A DNA stretch of 64,000 nt from Octopus bimaculoides (GCF_001194135.2 NC_068990.1:78570089-78634088); one strand, 5' to 3'. Shown: positions 11,575 through 25,038, numbered from the stretch's first letter. The notes: generated by a model from the sequence alone, not told the origin. Numbers and translations are program-made.

Positions 11575-12094
11575 TGGCTAAATGTAATATTTGTTTATTC
11601 CTATTATTTTGAATCAAGCATGGATTATTTCATAGCCTTAAGATTTTGAATCAAGCATGGATTGTTTCATAGCTTCAAGATTTTGAATCAAGCATGGATT
11701 ATCTCATAGCTTCAAGATTTTGAATCAAGCATGGATTATCTCATAGCCTCAAGATTTTGAATCAAGCATGGATTATCTCATAGCTTCAAGATTTNNNNNN
11801 NNNNTCAAGCATGGATTATCTCATAGCTTCAAGATTTTGAATCAAGCATGGATTATCTCATAGCCTCAAGATTTTGAATCAAGCATGGATTATCTCATAG
11901 CTTCAAGATTTTGAATCAAGCATGGATTATCTCATAGTCTCAAGATTTTGAATCAAGCATGGATTATCTCATAGCCTCAAGATTTTGAAGATGTGATTGT
12001 TTATTTTGAGAATGACATTGTTGGGTAGGTGTAAGAGTTCAGATCTGGCTGATCTGAATATAAAAGAGGTAAAATATTAGGGCCAGCTAAAGGG
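11575..12094. mobile_element. piggyBac-type MITE copy lacking its left TIR and hosting the 37-bp minisatellite
   Basis: Right half gatgtgattgtttattttgagaatgacattgttgggtaggtgtaagag...gctaaaggg matches the MITE at 14451-14670. Confidence 0.75.
11607..11982. repeat. 37-bp minisatellite, at least 10 units, spanning an N gap
   Basis: Unit ttttgaatcaagcatggattatctcatagcttcaaga starts at 11607, 11644, 11681, 11718, 11755 ... 11835, 11872, 11909, 11946. No spacers. Confidence 0.95.
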
Positions 12095-13249
12095 TTTATG
12101 GTAGCCATGGCAGTGGTGGTGGTGGTAGTGGTAGCTAATTTGCATAGTTTTCCATTGTATTTAAAACAAGGCCCAGAATCTTTTCTTCAGTTACTAAACA
12201 GCAATTAATGTGGTGGTGGTGGTTGTATCAAAGTGGTGTTGCAGTCGTGGCTACAAGTCACTGATGTGGTGTGTCTCTTAGATGAGGCATTAAACCCCAT
12301 TTGTTTCTCATCTCATAGTAATTAAACAGGAACAGAGAGAAAATAGCTCAATGATTAAACACTGAATTAATTAAAAAGCAATTAATTCAATGATTTAGGA
12401 CTGAAATTAAATTCTTTCTGCTTTCTGATGACAATGAAACATTTTGTGATTAGTTTTACTTAATCTTGGCTTCAAAACATCCGTTTCAAACCCTACAAAT
12501 CTTTGTAATAAAATTCATTTGTTCTGAAACAATTGCAAATGTATCAGGGCCTTTAAGGAGTTGTGCCTCACCAAAGTCTTTTATATAACAAGGCAAGTCA
12601 TTCCATGTAAAGCAGACATTGTTTAGTCTTAAGGCAATCCTAACCGAGCAGAATTAAGATCCAAGACACTCCATACATGACCATTCCATTGTTTTAGGAG
12701 TATACAAAACTTATATGTCTAATGTACACTCTCCTTTGCTGATGTGATTGGGTGTGATTCGAGGGAGATTTGGCTGTTGCATCCAACAAGTTTAGTGACT
12801 ATACAGGCTCCCTCAATGGTTCAGTATATAATAGAGTTAGTCAATCTAATGGAATACTTGTGTCTCTGTGGGTTCTTCATTAAAGTAACAATACATTCCT
12901 CAAAGGGAGTGAAATGGCTTAAAGAAAAGTTGAAATTGCATTGCATTGTCAGTAGGAGTTTTATGTCTTCTATTATCTAATGTGTGTATAACCCCCACTT
13001 CTGGATAACAAGTAACTAACAATAAGGGGGAACAAGCGTAAAGAAAATGTCATTTTGTGACGAGGTATTAATAGTTAATTAGACATGGAAATGAAGAGTG
13101 GTGTTTGTTGGTGGCTAGGACAGGTTTCTATGGAAAGGAACAGTTAAATTTGATTTAAAAGAATAGGTGAAGGGCTTTGAGATTTAGCTTTGTGGAATTA
13201 AGTAGATAAGAGATAATTATTATGCTGGACAGAATACATTAATGGCCTG

Positions 13250-13800
13250 GGTAAATTGCATGGTGCAACTTGGCTCATCAGAAGGTGATCTTCTGCATGC
13301 ACTGAATGGATTCACAGCTAAGTGCTGCAAGACAGGGATGAAAGTTAGTGTTGCAAAGACTGAGGCATTGGTCAAGAATGTTGGGTAATGGCCAAAAGAG
13401 TACAATTGTGTGTACAAGAGGCTGAAATAGGGTTCCACTAAAAGGTGTCTGGAGTAACATTACTTGACAAGGTATACAACTCAGAGATTAGGGATTCTTT
13501 CCAGGTTGAAATGTTACTTCTTTGCATTGAGAGGTCACAGCTCCAGTATTACAATTAGAATGTCGCAGGAAAGAATCATAACATGGATTCTTCATGATGT
13601 GCAAACCAGTAGGAGATCTAAGAGTAGACGAAGAAAGAGATGGGTGGATAACATCCATAGTCTCAGCTGGTCACACTTGGCAATCCAGCCGGAAAGTCTA
13701 ATGAGGGTTTCTTCTCATAGGACACTATGGAGGAAGTGCATGAGGGCTCTACCCCATCACAACTCTCACAGGAATAGTGGGTGGAGAAAATGGATGGATA
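13250..13800 (+). mobile_element. RTE (Expander/Rex3-like) LINE 3' fragment, decayed
   Basis: SEGDLLHALNGFTAKCCKTGMKVSVAKTEAL, then RMSQERI...RRRKRWVDNIHSLSWSHLAIQPE...RTLWR. Confidence 0.7.
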
Positions 13801-13908
13801 GGTAATTTACATACATTTGTGTATGTGCGCACGCTCATGTGTGTGCATGTGTGTACATGCATGTATATGTATGCATGTATGTGCGTGTGTGTGTGTGTAT
13901 ATATGGAT

Positions 13909-14065
13909 GCAGGTGTGACTGTGTAGTTAAGAAGTTTGCCTTGCAATTACCTGGTCTTGGGTTCAGTCCTACTGTTTGACACCTTGGCCAAGTGTCTTCT
14001 GCTATAGTCCAGGTTAACCAAAACCTTGTGCATAGATTTGGTAGACAAACTGAAAAAAGCCCATC
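13909..14065 (+). mobile_element. tRNA-derived CORE-type SINE family S2, 5' part
   Basis: A/B-box head gtgactgtgtagttaag...gggttcagtcct, then ccttggccaagtgtcttctgctatag. Confidence 0.8.
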
Positions 14066-14080
14066 ACACACACATATATG

Positions 14081-14152
<72 letters not shown>

Positions 14153-14450
14153 AATATACAAAACAAAAATGTCACAGATAGCATATTGATGGCTTAAGAG
14201 TTTAGTAGAAAGCAGAAGTGCCACACAGTGAGATTGAACCCAAAACTATGAGATTAGAAAGTAAACTTTTACATCACATTGCAATATCTGTCCTCTGTTG
14301 TTGTTTAAACCTAATGAAAGGTGTTTGGCCATTTTCCAATATAACCTTCCTTTTTAAAGATGGTAGGCGGAGATTGAAGGAAATTTAGCTGTTATTTCTA
14401 GCATGCAATTACAAAGGCTCCCACAAGTTATGATCATGTGACCACCTTAA

Positions 14451-14670
14451 CCCTTTAGCATTCAGATTTTTCTGTCAAATATTAAGCTTATTTACTCACA
14501 TTGTTTTGAATGAAATATGCATTATCTCATAACTTTGAAATTTCGATGATGTAATTGTTTATTATTAGAATGACATTGTAGGGTAGGTGTGAGAAATCAG
14601 ACCTGGCCAGTTTGAGCATAAAACAGGGAGAATATTTGAGTTGGATATGATTGGTTTAAATGCTAAAGAG
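14451..14670. mobile_element. piggyBac-type MITE, 220 bp
   Basis: TTAA TSD at 14447-14450 and 14671-14674. TIR ccctttagcatt / aatgctaaagag (11/12). Confidence 0.85.
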
Positions 14671-15774
14671 TTAACCTCACAAGCCATGTGCCATGCAATG
14701 ACACTGGAATTTTGAAGTAAATTATTTTTCCAAAGAGGGGTAGTACCCATGAAGTTTGTGGCCCCACCCAGACTAGTGAAGCCCAATGTAGTTGAAATGG
14801 TAGCCACCAGTACATAAACAAACCAAAAAAGATGTTGGTGATCTAGTTAGCAGTGTGATATTAGTTGGAGGAGAGGAAATATGTCAAAGATTATCTGAGA
14901 TTATTTGACATGTCCTGTCAGAGAGAAAGAACTAGGACTTGAGTCTTTAAGACTGTTTTTAACTTTAGTTTAAATGTTAAGCCTGATGTTAACATTTAAA
15001 CCAGCTGTCTCTCTCCCCCCACTCACTCAAAGTAAAAATGAGAACCTAATGAGACAAGATGTTTCATTTGATCATTAATAATTAGACAGCAGTGGTGAGC
15101 AGCTTTGGATTAAAATCTGTTAAACATTCAGATTTTCGTAACATCATGTTTTAAAAAAAAACATCTCAAAAAGTTGTTAATCAAAAAACAAGGAAAAAAT
15201 ATGTTTTTCTTCTGCTTCCATATTTTGTTGTTTGTTTTATTATCAGAAACAAAATTACTTTTGAAACAGCCTGGAGCTCTGTATGGCAGATATTCTAAAG
15301 AATATTCTCAGGATTTTCAAGGAAGGAATTTTTAGTTTCGTTTTATGAAAATCAAAGATGGTGGAACAAGTCTTTTTTTCTGCTTTGAATATTTTTTTTT
15401 TTAATGGTGAATATATTAATGAAACAATAAATACATGACAATAATGATGATGGCTCAGATGATAGAAATCTGGATTATATCATGTCCAAGGCTTCCTGTT
15501 TTTTAATGTTTCATTTTTACATTTTTTTACCTCATTTTCTTAGGATGAGATATAAAGCAGTAACAGAGAACGCCCCCCCCCCACGACCACCACACACACA
15601 CACCTCACTTGTATGAAATGGGAAAATAATATTATGAAATATAGTGAAGACCAAACTTTTATTCATAATTCTGAATTGAAAGTATGGAGAAGTTGATTTT
15701 GATATTTGTTTCTTTGGGGTAGATAAAAAAAAAAGGATAAGTAACAAGAATGGAAAGAGGCCTGCTATATCTCA

Positions 15775-15965
15775 TCATCATTTAACGTCCGTTTTCCACG
15801 CTGGCATGGGTTAGACAGGAACTGGCAAATTGAAGACTGCACCAGTCTCCAGTGTCTGCTGCTTTGGCCTGGTTTTTATGACCGAATGCCTTTCCTAACA
15901 CCAACACCATGTTATGAGTGCTTTTTATGTGGCACCAGCAACAGTGAGGTCACCAAGTAATTTGC
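15775..15965 (-). mobile_element. Truncated RTE 3' end or RTE-tailed SINE
   Basis: catcatcatttaacgtccgttttccacgctggcatgggtt...gaatgcctttcctaacaccaac...gtgcttttatgtggcacc. Confidence 0.75.
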
Positions 15966-16046
15966 AAGACAAACGTCAACCCCCTCCATTGAGGGGTGAG
16001 GAGTATCAAGGGGTGTGACTTTGTGCCAGGAGATTAGAGATTAGAG

Positions 16047-16400
16047 CAGGGTTTCTTAACCTTTTTACCCTTGCATAACCCTTAAAATAAATCACATGTC
16101 TCAAGGAACCCCTGCACAAGAAAAATTATACACCATATCTTTCTCATATTTTTCCATCGTAGTTCACATGGTAAATATCATATATATATGTTGATATCAT
16201 ATATATATGTTAATAACATAATAGGTTAGATAGGATGATGTCTATATTACGATATTCCAATAACCAATAATACGTTGTGCATGTCTAGGAATATTACGAT
16301 CATGAAATTAGCATTAGCTTATCTCACTCTTTCTCGTGGAACCTCCAGGAACCTTTTGCGAAACCCTCGGGTTCCGGGGAACCCCAGTTGAGAAACGTTG
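16047..16400. mobile_element. hAT MITE, second family, 354 bp
   Basis: TIR cagggtttcttaac / gttgagaaacgttg. 8-bp TSD gattagag/gattagcg with central TA. Confidence 0.85.
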
Positions 16401-18417
16401 GATTAGCGTATGAAAAGGGCGCAAGAAATAGGTGTCTTGCAGAAAAGAAGATACATGGCTACCTGATTTGGAGAAAGAGAGAGAAGATACAATGGGTGAG
16501 GATACACACAAGTCACAGGAAGGTGGACGTAAATGGATCGAAGGATTTGATAAGGTAAGTGGGTGGGTAAGATTGAGAAGGGAATGTGGTTAACAGACAC
16601 AAATAGAGAGGTGTTAAGAGGATATATTGTCGAGAAGAGATTAAACAGGGACACATTGTGTGCAGGTAAGTTCTTGAGGGTAGGTTGAAAGGAGAGAGAA
16701 GGGGAGGGGGTTTAGAGAAAATAGGATTTTGTTGAGGTTGCTTTTGTTTAAAGTGAACATAGGCATTGCATGTGAACATAGGCTTTCAAGTGAACATAGG
16801 CTTCAGCTTTTAGTTCAAATCTTTTTCCATCACTTGTGTTGCTAATACCATTGAGAGATACTGCATAATTTCCAGTTTGCTTCTCTTAAAATCTCAGAGT
16901 TGAAGAACAATCAATATTTCATGAGGAAATGCTAATAAATTTGCAGGAAGTCAATGACTTGGGTTGTATTCCTCTCTAAAAATTCTTATATTTTATTATA
17001 ATAAAGCTTATATAAGTATATCTGAAACACTGCTAGCCCTTCTCATCACATTTTATGCTGTTTTTTTTTCATCAAACATTTCTTTACTAAAAGAACCTCC
17101 AGCTTTGTAAGGTCCACTTCTACTACTTGAACCTCCACTTTTGTTGCCCTTCACAAGAATTGCAAAATGAACTTCTTAACCATTCAATCACACCACCACC
17201 ACCATCATCATCATGATTGTTTTAACATGAGTGAGAAAAGACTTTGTTGAAGTAGATTTTAACTATAGCTGGATGCTCTTCCTGTCTCCAACAAGTAATG
17301 TAATATTTTCCTGGAGTCCATCATACAACAAATACCCTAGTCATGCTTTTGAAGACGAGTATAAACAAATGATAAACTTCTGTATGAATGATGACCCTTG
17401 TTTATAATCAGGGCACACAAAACAAAACGAAATACACACTCATATATTTATAAATATTGTAACTGAAAGGAGATCCAAGAATCGAAGTAATTACCTTGGT
17501 CAGCACTCCCGCAAATACTGGCTAAAAGAGTATACAGAAAGGAATCTGAAGAAAGGGACCGATAAATCCAAGAAGTCTTTGTGAGTCACAGAGTATAACA
17601 ACATAAGGAAAAGAAAGGAAAAACTGCTATATTTATTCAGCAACATACTGGTTGGATAAATCATTTTGCATCTCTAAGTAGAAGCTTTCTCATTACAAGA
17701 AATTTGGTTCTTCTCACCAAATTGTCTGCATCTATATCTGGGGGGATTCATCCAAGTTTCCTTGAATCAACTGATTCATCATTTGCTCAAGAAGAAATGA
17801 CTAGGAAATGTAAGTAGTATCACTTGATATTATAAGTAAATATCAGTACCTCCAATCTTTTTCTTGTATACACACACAAACGATGGGATTCCTCCAGTTT
17901 TCGTCTACCAAATGCCACTCATATGGCACTGACCATCCGTGTTGTTGCAATGGAACTACAAACTGTGTGGCTGTGAAATGAATTGCAAAACCTCCTAACC
18001 ATGCCAGTGCTCCTACACACCCACACAGATACTCACATAGACATAAGCATTTAGAATAGTACACGTACACACACACACACACATATATATAGACACACAT
18101 GGCTTAGAAATGTAAATAGATAATCTGAAAGAAAAACAAAGTTTTATTTTTTTTTCATCTGTTTTTATCTCCTTTGTTACGACATAAAAATAGGATGAAA
18201 ATAGAAGAAATATTTAAAATTCATTGAGAAAGATAGAGTGTGTTGTAAAGAATTCCATCCAAAGTGGCATTCTTCAAGGGTTGTAGTGTTTGTGGAATGG
18301 TTATTGTGTGGAGGAGGGTTTAGAGTGTATGAGGGGAAGGGATTAAAATAAAAAAAAGATGTTATATTAATTTCAACACAGGCTATAATTAGTGGGAAGT
18401 ATGTGGATACATGCAGG

Positions 18418-18464
<47 letters not shown>

Positions 18465-19076
18465 AAACATCTAACATAGGAGGATGTATTACATACATAC
18501 AACCCACCCCCACCTCACCCTACCACATCAAGCCAGTGTGTAGGTGCAGCCGAACAAATACACACATTTAATCATGTCAATCTACACACACACACACACA
18601 CACATAACAGAGTGTGAAAGAGATATTCATGTGGACACACATTTTATGTGTTTATGAAGTTGTGTGGGTGGAGTGTGTGTGTGTGTGTGTGTGTGCGTTT
18701 GTGTGTGTTTATGTATTGCATGTGTGAACAAACTCTTAAGAATATTTTAAGAAGGAATTGAAGCAAAAGTAGGAGTAGAATTAAAGTAGAAGTAGGAGTA
18801 AGTGTGGGGGGNNNNNNNNNNNNNNNNNNNNNNNNNNNNNNNNNNNNNNNNNNNNNNNNNNNNNNNGGGGGGGGGGGAGAAGAAAACAAAGAGTTTGCCT
18901 ATTTGCAGTTTTGTTTGTTTGTTTGTTTGAAGCAGGAAGTGGTTGTTGATTGTGGGGGTAGGTGCGAGGAAGAGGAGGCGGTGGAGGAGGTTTTCACAGT
19001 TAGACAGAGATGTCATTGTGTTAGTGGTGGTGGTGATGGTTGGGGGTGGTTGGGGGTGCCATAAGGCCAGTCCAGC

Positions 19077-19114
<38 letters not shown>

Positions 19115-19429
19115 TTCCATACAATTACTACATTCTCATTTGGAACCAAAAGTTTCTCCAATTTTTAAAAAAAAAGCAACTTCTTTTCATTCATGAATAT
19201 TTTCAAAGTGACAAGTATGGTTATGTAAGAGAGGGGCTCCTGGCCAAGCTGGGGCTCTTGGACAAGAGAATCTCACAGCTGAATTCATATCACTTATGTT
19301 GGCAATGCATGAATATCACAACTTCTCATTTCTCTCTTACAAAACTACAGACTTTGTATTTAGGCAAAAGAAACTAATATTTGTTAGAAAGAAATACTGT
19401 GGCTTTGTTAGTAAAAGGGATGGCTATCA

Positions 19430-19655
19430 TCATAATCATCATCATCATCATCATCATCATTATCCTTTCCCTTGCATGGGTGGAGTGAAGTTTGTTGAAG
19501 CAGATTTTCTATGGCCACATGCCCTCCTTGTCAGCAACTCGGTTACCAAATAAGGAGTTGCTTCCCTCCCATGGCTAGACATGTTTCGACAGAAGATTGG
19601 AAATGGAAGACACTGCTTGTACAACAGTGATGCTTGTTTACAACCACTGCATGAT
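19430..19655 (-). mobile_element. RTE-tailed SINE variant, decayed
   Basis: (cat)n...cttgcatgggt...gttgaagcagattttcta...cccatggctagacatgttt. Related copies near 17175-17400(-) and 47440-47585(+). Confidence 0.6.
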
Positions 19656-20044
19656 GTCAAGGCATATATCAGAATCATCAATCAAATCAAAATGGAAATT
19701 GTAGTTGTGGCCAATTCCAGTGCTGCCTGACTGGCTCCCTCTGCTGGTGGCTTGTGAAAAGCACCATCTGAACGTGGTCGATGCCACTTTCCACCTGCCA
19801 AGTCAGTTTCTGCACCAGACAAAAAGGAACTGCAGTATTTCAATTACATCGTTTGATGTATTTTTGGAGTTCAAATCCTGTCAGGAATCAACAGGAACCT
19901 GCCTTCTCCCTGGCACCACTGGGATCAGAGAGTTGCTGGATGATTAAATCTTCCTGATATCTGATCATCACTTTCTAAATTACCAAATAAGACTCATTAA
20001 AACTTTATACATGTATGTATTATCATTAATATTCAGAATATATA

Positions 20045-20092
<48 letters not shown>

Positions 20093-20122
20093 ATGGATGT
20101 ACATACACACACACACATATAT

Positions 20123-22360
20123 ATGATGATGATGATTGTTTCATCTTGACAGATGACAGCTGTCCCATCAATACACTCACAACACCCCATCACACAGTAC
20201 AATCACTCCATTGATGAGCCCTCAATACTTTTAAGACCAGCTGCTGACAGACAGAGTTTAAAACACAAGTGATAGATATTATTCAAGTGTGGCGTGCAAG
20301 AGAGACGATTGCGCTGGTATGGACATGTGGTGAGAATGGAGGAGGATAGCTGCGTGAAAAAGTGCCACACCCTAACAGTTGAGGGAACCCGTGGAAGAGG
20401 TAGGCCCAGGAAGACCTGGGCTGAGGTGGTGAGGCAAGACCTTCGTACATTGGGCCTCACCGAGGCGATGACTACTGACCGAGACCTTTGGAAATGTGCT
20501 GTGCGTGAGAAGACCCGGCAAGCCAAGTAAGATCGTTGCCAGTGCCCCTGGACTGGCTTGTGTGGGTGGCACATAAAAGACACCATTTCGAGNNNNNNNN
20601 NNNNNNNNNNNNNNNNNNNNNNNNNNNNNNNNNNNNNNNNCCATTTTGAGCGTGGCCGTTGCCAGTACCGCCTGACTGGCTCCTATAGGATTTTCGAGCG
20701 AGATCGTTGCCAGTGCCCCTGGACTGGCTTGTGTGGGTGGCACATAAAAGACACCATTTCGAGCGTGGCCGTTTTCGTGCGGGTGACACGTAAAAGCACC
20801 CACTACACTCTCTGAGTGGTTGGCGTTAGGAAGGGCATCCAGCTGTAGAAACTCTGCCAAATCAGACTGGAGCCTGGTGTTGCCATCCGGTTTCACCAGT
20901 CCTCAGTCAAATCGTCCAACCCATGCTAGCATGGAAAGCGGACGTTAAACGATGATGATGATGATGATGATGATGATACATCTTTGCTGTTTGGAATCTG
21001 ATTCTGAAGGAATGTTTTTGTGAACTAGCATATGTCTTTTAAGTCCAGATATTATCTTACAAGTTTTGTGACACATAACACAAATCGTAAGAAGTGGTTG
21101 TGGGTCTCAAGATCAGTACCTATCTGGGCATTACGATTTTCATGTGACTTCATATGGTTCACATATTCTGCTTTTGACAACAGAACACAATCACACACAA
21201 TATATATCCAATGTTCACTGTTGATTACAGTTCCAATTGTTCCCTTGCAACAGGCCCTTTTAAACTCAGAGTGCTAAATCATCTTTTCCTCCCAGGCATT
21301 GCAACCAGTCCTAACAGCACCTCTCCACTTGTTCCAATCCAGAACATCATTTTTCCCCAATCACTTCTGTTCATATTTAGTTTCTTCAGGTTTTCCTTCA
21401 CACAGTTTTTATACCTTTTCCTCGGCTTATGTTGTGGTCGTTTACCAGAGTTGAGCTCCCCATGAAAAAGATGTTTTGGCAATCGTTCATCTTCCATTCT
21501 ATTAACATGTCCATCCCATCTCATTTGAACCAAGATAACATATTGTTCATTCGAGCTACAATGTGCCAAGTGCAAAACTTGTGTATCTGGTATGAAAGAT
21601 TCCCACTTGACTCCCAAGACACATCAGAGCTACTTTTGATGAAATCTCTCCGGCATTTTCATATGACACCTGAAAGTGGTTCACATCTCACTCAAATAGA
21701 GAAGTGCAGTCAATACACACGTTTTATAGACACTGTTTCATTGTCAGCTTTGGGGTTGTTCTAGGTCCTTTAGCAAAATCACTTCTGATTGCAAACCCAA
21801 CACCACTTTTCCTTTTTTCTCCCTTTGGCTTCCCAACCCAGAATAATGTGAAACCTGCTGCTCTTTTGACAAGATGATCTTCATCTGAACATCTTGTTTC
21901 AGAAGAGCTGCAACATTAAGACACCATAGCTTCTTAGTTACAAGACCTGGTCTTCTTTTAAGCCTATCTGCTCGATCTAAAAGGGTTCTCACATTCCAAC
22001 AGGTCAAGAGAAATCTCATTCCTTGTATACTTGTTATCATTGTTTATATCAATTCTTTGTTCATTCCTGCTCAATTCAACCACCGTTAGCTGCAGTAAAC
22101 TAACCACCAGAGAAAAGACAGACAATTTTTAGTGCCCCTTTCCTAGCATCTTCCCAGTATATCCAGGTGACCGGTGTTCTCCTTAAAAGGGCTGTTCAGA
22201 CACAAGATCCTCCACCAAAAACAATTCCTGTCCCTGTAAATATCTTAGCGATGTTAAGATAAGAACCCTACCACATTATGTGCAGATCCGTAACTGTATG
22301 CTTCCAACCAGTCAAATCTGCATACGTCACCACACCCCTATCACTATGGGACTTTTGAAA
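20123..22360 (-). mobile_element. BovB-like RTE LINE, internally deleted (5' UTR and APE start fused to the post-RT region), three C-terminal C2H2 fingers, (ATC)n tail; interrupted by another RTE
   Basis: CWNVRTLLDRADR (APE start) jumps near 21765 to KLTMK..VLTALLY.SE, then QMRWDGHVNRMEDERLPKHLFHGELNSGKR. Fingers at 21142-21204, 21020-21082 and about 20213-20276. 3' end gtcatctgtcaagatgaaacaatc(atc)n. The 5' boundary is approximate. Confidence 0.85.
20286..20977 (+). mobile_element. 5'-truncated RTE LINE: ORF C-terminus plus structured 3' UTR, nested in the BovB-like element
   Basis: ORF 20294-20530 QERRLRWYGHVVRMEEDSCVKKC...GRGRPRKTWAEVV...DRDLW. Hairpin/pseudoknot units start right after the TAA; (GAT)n tail 20951-20977. 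Confidence 0.93.
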
Positions 22361-24159
22361 AGTGATGAATGTACGACGATGAACACTTTTGCCACTCTCT
22401 GGGTCAAAATAGTACATTATAGTGACAAGCAAACACACACACACACCAGTATTCTGCTTATAGTAGAAATGTGAGAAATAAAAATTAGAACAAGTTTTAT
22501 TTCCTTAACAAAATAAAAGCCCTGCAGATGCAGTGAAATGAAATATTGTTCTTTGAGAAATGATTCATTTTAGATAGAACAGAAGCTTTCTTTTAATGAC
22601 AATTAATTAATTAACAAGAACCCAAATTAGCACTAATTCTCTTGACTCTAATTAACAACATATTTTCTTGTATTTTTTTTCTGGGTGTGGGTTGCATGAG
22701 ACTTCCAGTTATTTGAGGAAGAGAGAGAGAGAGTTTATTCGGCTAGAAATTGCAAGAATAATCAGCAGTTAATAATAACAGAATTTGAAATTTTTATTTT
22801 CAAATGCCTCACCAAATTCCGAACTATGATTAATTATATAAACCACGTAGAATGTGTGGTATTGGGTCTGTGTTAGAAATCCCTTTACTGAAGCAGAGCA
22901 GTGGTAAAAACAGTGTAAATGCTGGTCTAAATACCCTGGAAAACATTTAATTCTGGGTGGTTTATATAGTCATAGTTCTGGTCAACCAGAACTGACCCAG
23001 GGTTAAACAGCAACAACATCAAGGGCCTTTTTTTTTTTTTTTTCGGGGAGAAGACAGAGTTGCCTAAAGGAAGCTTTGTATATTGCCAGGGCTTATTTTA
23101 ACACTGAAAGATAAAGGAGTGATTTTAATGTTATAAGAAGGAAAATTAAATGTTTTTCAGAGTCTATAGACCAACATTTACGCTGTTTATTACCACTGCA
23201 TTGCCTCAGCAAAGGGATTTCTAACAAAGACCCAAGGCCACACATTCTGGCAGGCTTTTAGAGTTAATTACATTAACTACACTCTTTAGTTCAACAGAAA
23301 AAAAAATGAAAGGCAAAGTTAACCTCGGGTGGGATTTGAAGTCAGAACATAAAAAGAGAATAAATAATTCACATTTCGTCAGTTGTTTTGATTCTATCAA
23401 TTAATTTTTTCCTCCCCCTTTAGGTAGCTGCCGCAGTAATGAATTCCACCACATCACACTAGGAATCTCTGTCCAATTAGCTTTAGCAAAATCCACAATT
23501 TCATTGTAGTTGAGTGGTTTTCATCCTGTATTAAGGCAAACCTTACAATCAATATTATTCTTGTTTCTAACCTTGCCATAAGGCCTAAAATTAGTAAGAG
23601 AGGAATATAAAAGACAGAATTAGGTTGACTGGGATTTTAGTTATCAGCAATAAAAATCCAGACAGAAGAAATGTGGAAATAACTGTGACAAGGTCCAACC
23701 TTCAAATGTCAAAATAATGTGGGGCATTTAATCATGCACTTGACAACTTTTTCTCACTCTTTTAGCATTAGTCACAATTTTTAACACTGGTATTAATTAA
23801 ATGGGTATGGTACATAAATGATTATTCATTTAATCAACCCTGGTCAGATAAAAAGAACAAAAAAACCCCACAGGGTTGACCCAGGTAGAAGTTGAACTCA
23901 GAAAGAGGAGGAGGAAAACTGAATACTGTTATGCATTTAATCTGGTGCTCTAACACCTTTGCCATCCCAGTCACAATAATAAACAACACACACTCGTATA
24001 TAAATATCTCAAACATTTCGTGTTGGTTTAATAGTATTAATGCACCCTTAGTTACCTCCCTTACACTATCTTCAAAATTTAATAACCTCTAAGCAGCCTC
24101 ACAGTTTGCCCCAGAAAGGGACACAGTTACACTTAGCATATCGCGAATGGTAAAATGTA

Positions 24160-24500
24160 GGCGCAGGCGTGGCTGTGTGCTAAGAAGCTTGCTTCTCAAC
24201 CAAATGGTTCCGGGTTCAGTCCCACTGCGTGGTATCTAGGCAAAGTGTTTTTCGTGAGTGGATTTGGTAGATGGAAACTGAAAGAAGCCCATTATGTATG
24301 TATATAGTTATATGTATATGTTTGTCCCCCACCTCATCGCTTGACAACCAATGTTGGTGTGTTTTTTAGCGTCTCCGTAACTTAGTGGTTTGGCAAAAAT
24401 GACCAATAAAATAAATACTAGGCTTTAAAAAAATAAGTCGAAAAATTCAAGGCGGTGTTCCAGCATGGCCGCAGTCTAATGACTGAAACAAGTAAAAGAA
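24160..24500 (+). mobile_element. CORE-type SINE family S2, near full length
   Basis: ggcgcaggcgtggctgtgtgctaagaagcttgc...gggttcagtcccactgcg...ggaaactgaaagaagccc-(microsatellite)-cgcttgacaacc...cagcatggccgcagtc...gaaacaagtaaaagaata. Confidence 0.9.
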
Positions 24501-24629
24501 TATCTTATCGATATTCGAAGGGATGAAAGTGGATGTTTTCAGGATTGTAATTACAGCCAGGTGACAATATGGAGCCCAGTGAAATGGGAGAGAAAGCGTA
24601 AAAAATGAAGTTCAGTGTCAACCAACAGC

Positions 24630-25036
24630 AGGGGTTTCATAATAAGGGTTTCAAATTTTGTCACAAGGACAGCAACTTTGGTGGAAGGGACGAGTCAATT
24701 ACATTGATCCCCAGTGTTCAACTGGTATTTATTTTATCGACCCTGAAAGGACGAAAGGCAAAATCGACCTTAGTGGAATTTGAACTCAGAATGTAAAGAC
24801 AGACAAATAATAATAATAATAATCCTTTCTACTATAAGCACAAGGCCTGAAATTTTGGAGTAGGGGGACTAGTTGATTACATCGACCCCAGTATTTCACT
24901 GGTGCTTATTTAATCGACCCCGAAAGGACGAAAGGCAAAGTCGACCTCAGTGGAATTTGAACTCAGAACGCAGTGATGGGTGAAATACTGCTAAGCATTT
25001 CGTCCAGTGTGCTAACGATTCTGCCAGCTCACTGCC

Positions 25037-25038
<2 letters not shown>
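24630..25038 (-). mobile_element. Two head-to-tail S1 SINEs (partial 24630-24810, complete 24820-25038)
   Basis: Repeated atcgaccc(c/t)gaaaggacgaaaggcaaa core; joined and flanked by (AAT)n, with a further tract at 25038-25090. Confidence 0.9.

Noticed and set aside
11607-11982. 37-bp repeats as a CRISPR array
   Set aside because: Units are directly adjacent with no unique spacers, there are no cas genes, and the unit derives from a MITE in eukaryotic DNA.
12424-12450. CTGATGA-caat-GAAAC as a hammerhead
   Set aside because: No stem II, no valid NUH triplet and no stem I; likely chance in AT-rich DNA.
17450-17760. Possible solo LTR (tgtaac start, reverse AATAAA) or decayed hammerhead at 17547
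   Set aside because: No second terminus or TSD found, and the hammerhead GAAA half is too degenerate.
22040-22360. HDV-like ribozyme in the 5' UTR of the BovB-like RTE
   Set aside because: Known in some RTEs, but I could not fold the nested double pseudoknot here; it needs a covariance-model search.
24160-24235. tRNA genes at SINE heads
   Set aside because: A/B boxes are present but there is no cloverleaf, and each continues into a SINE body.
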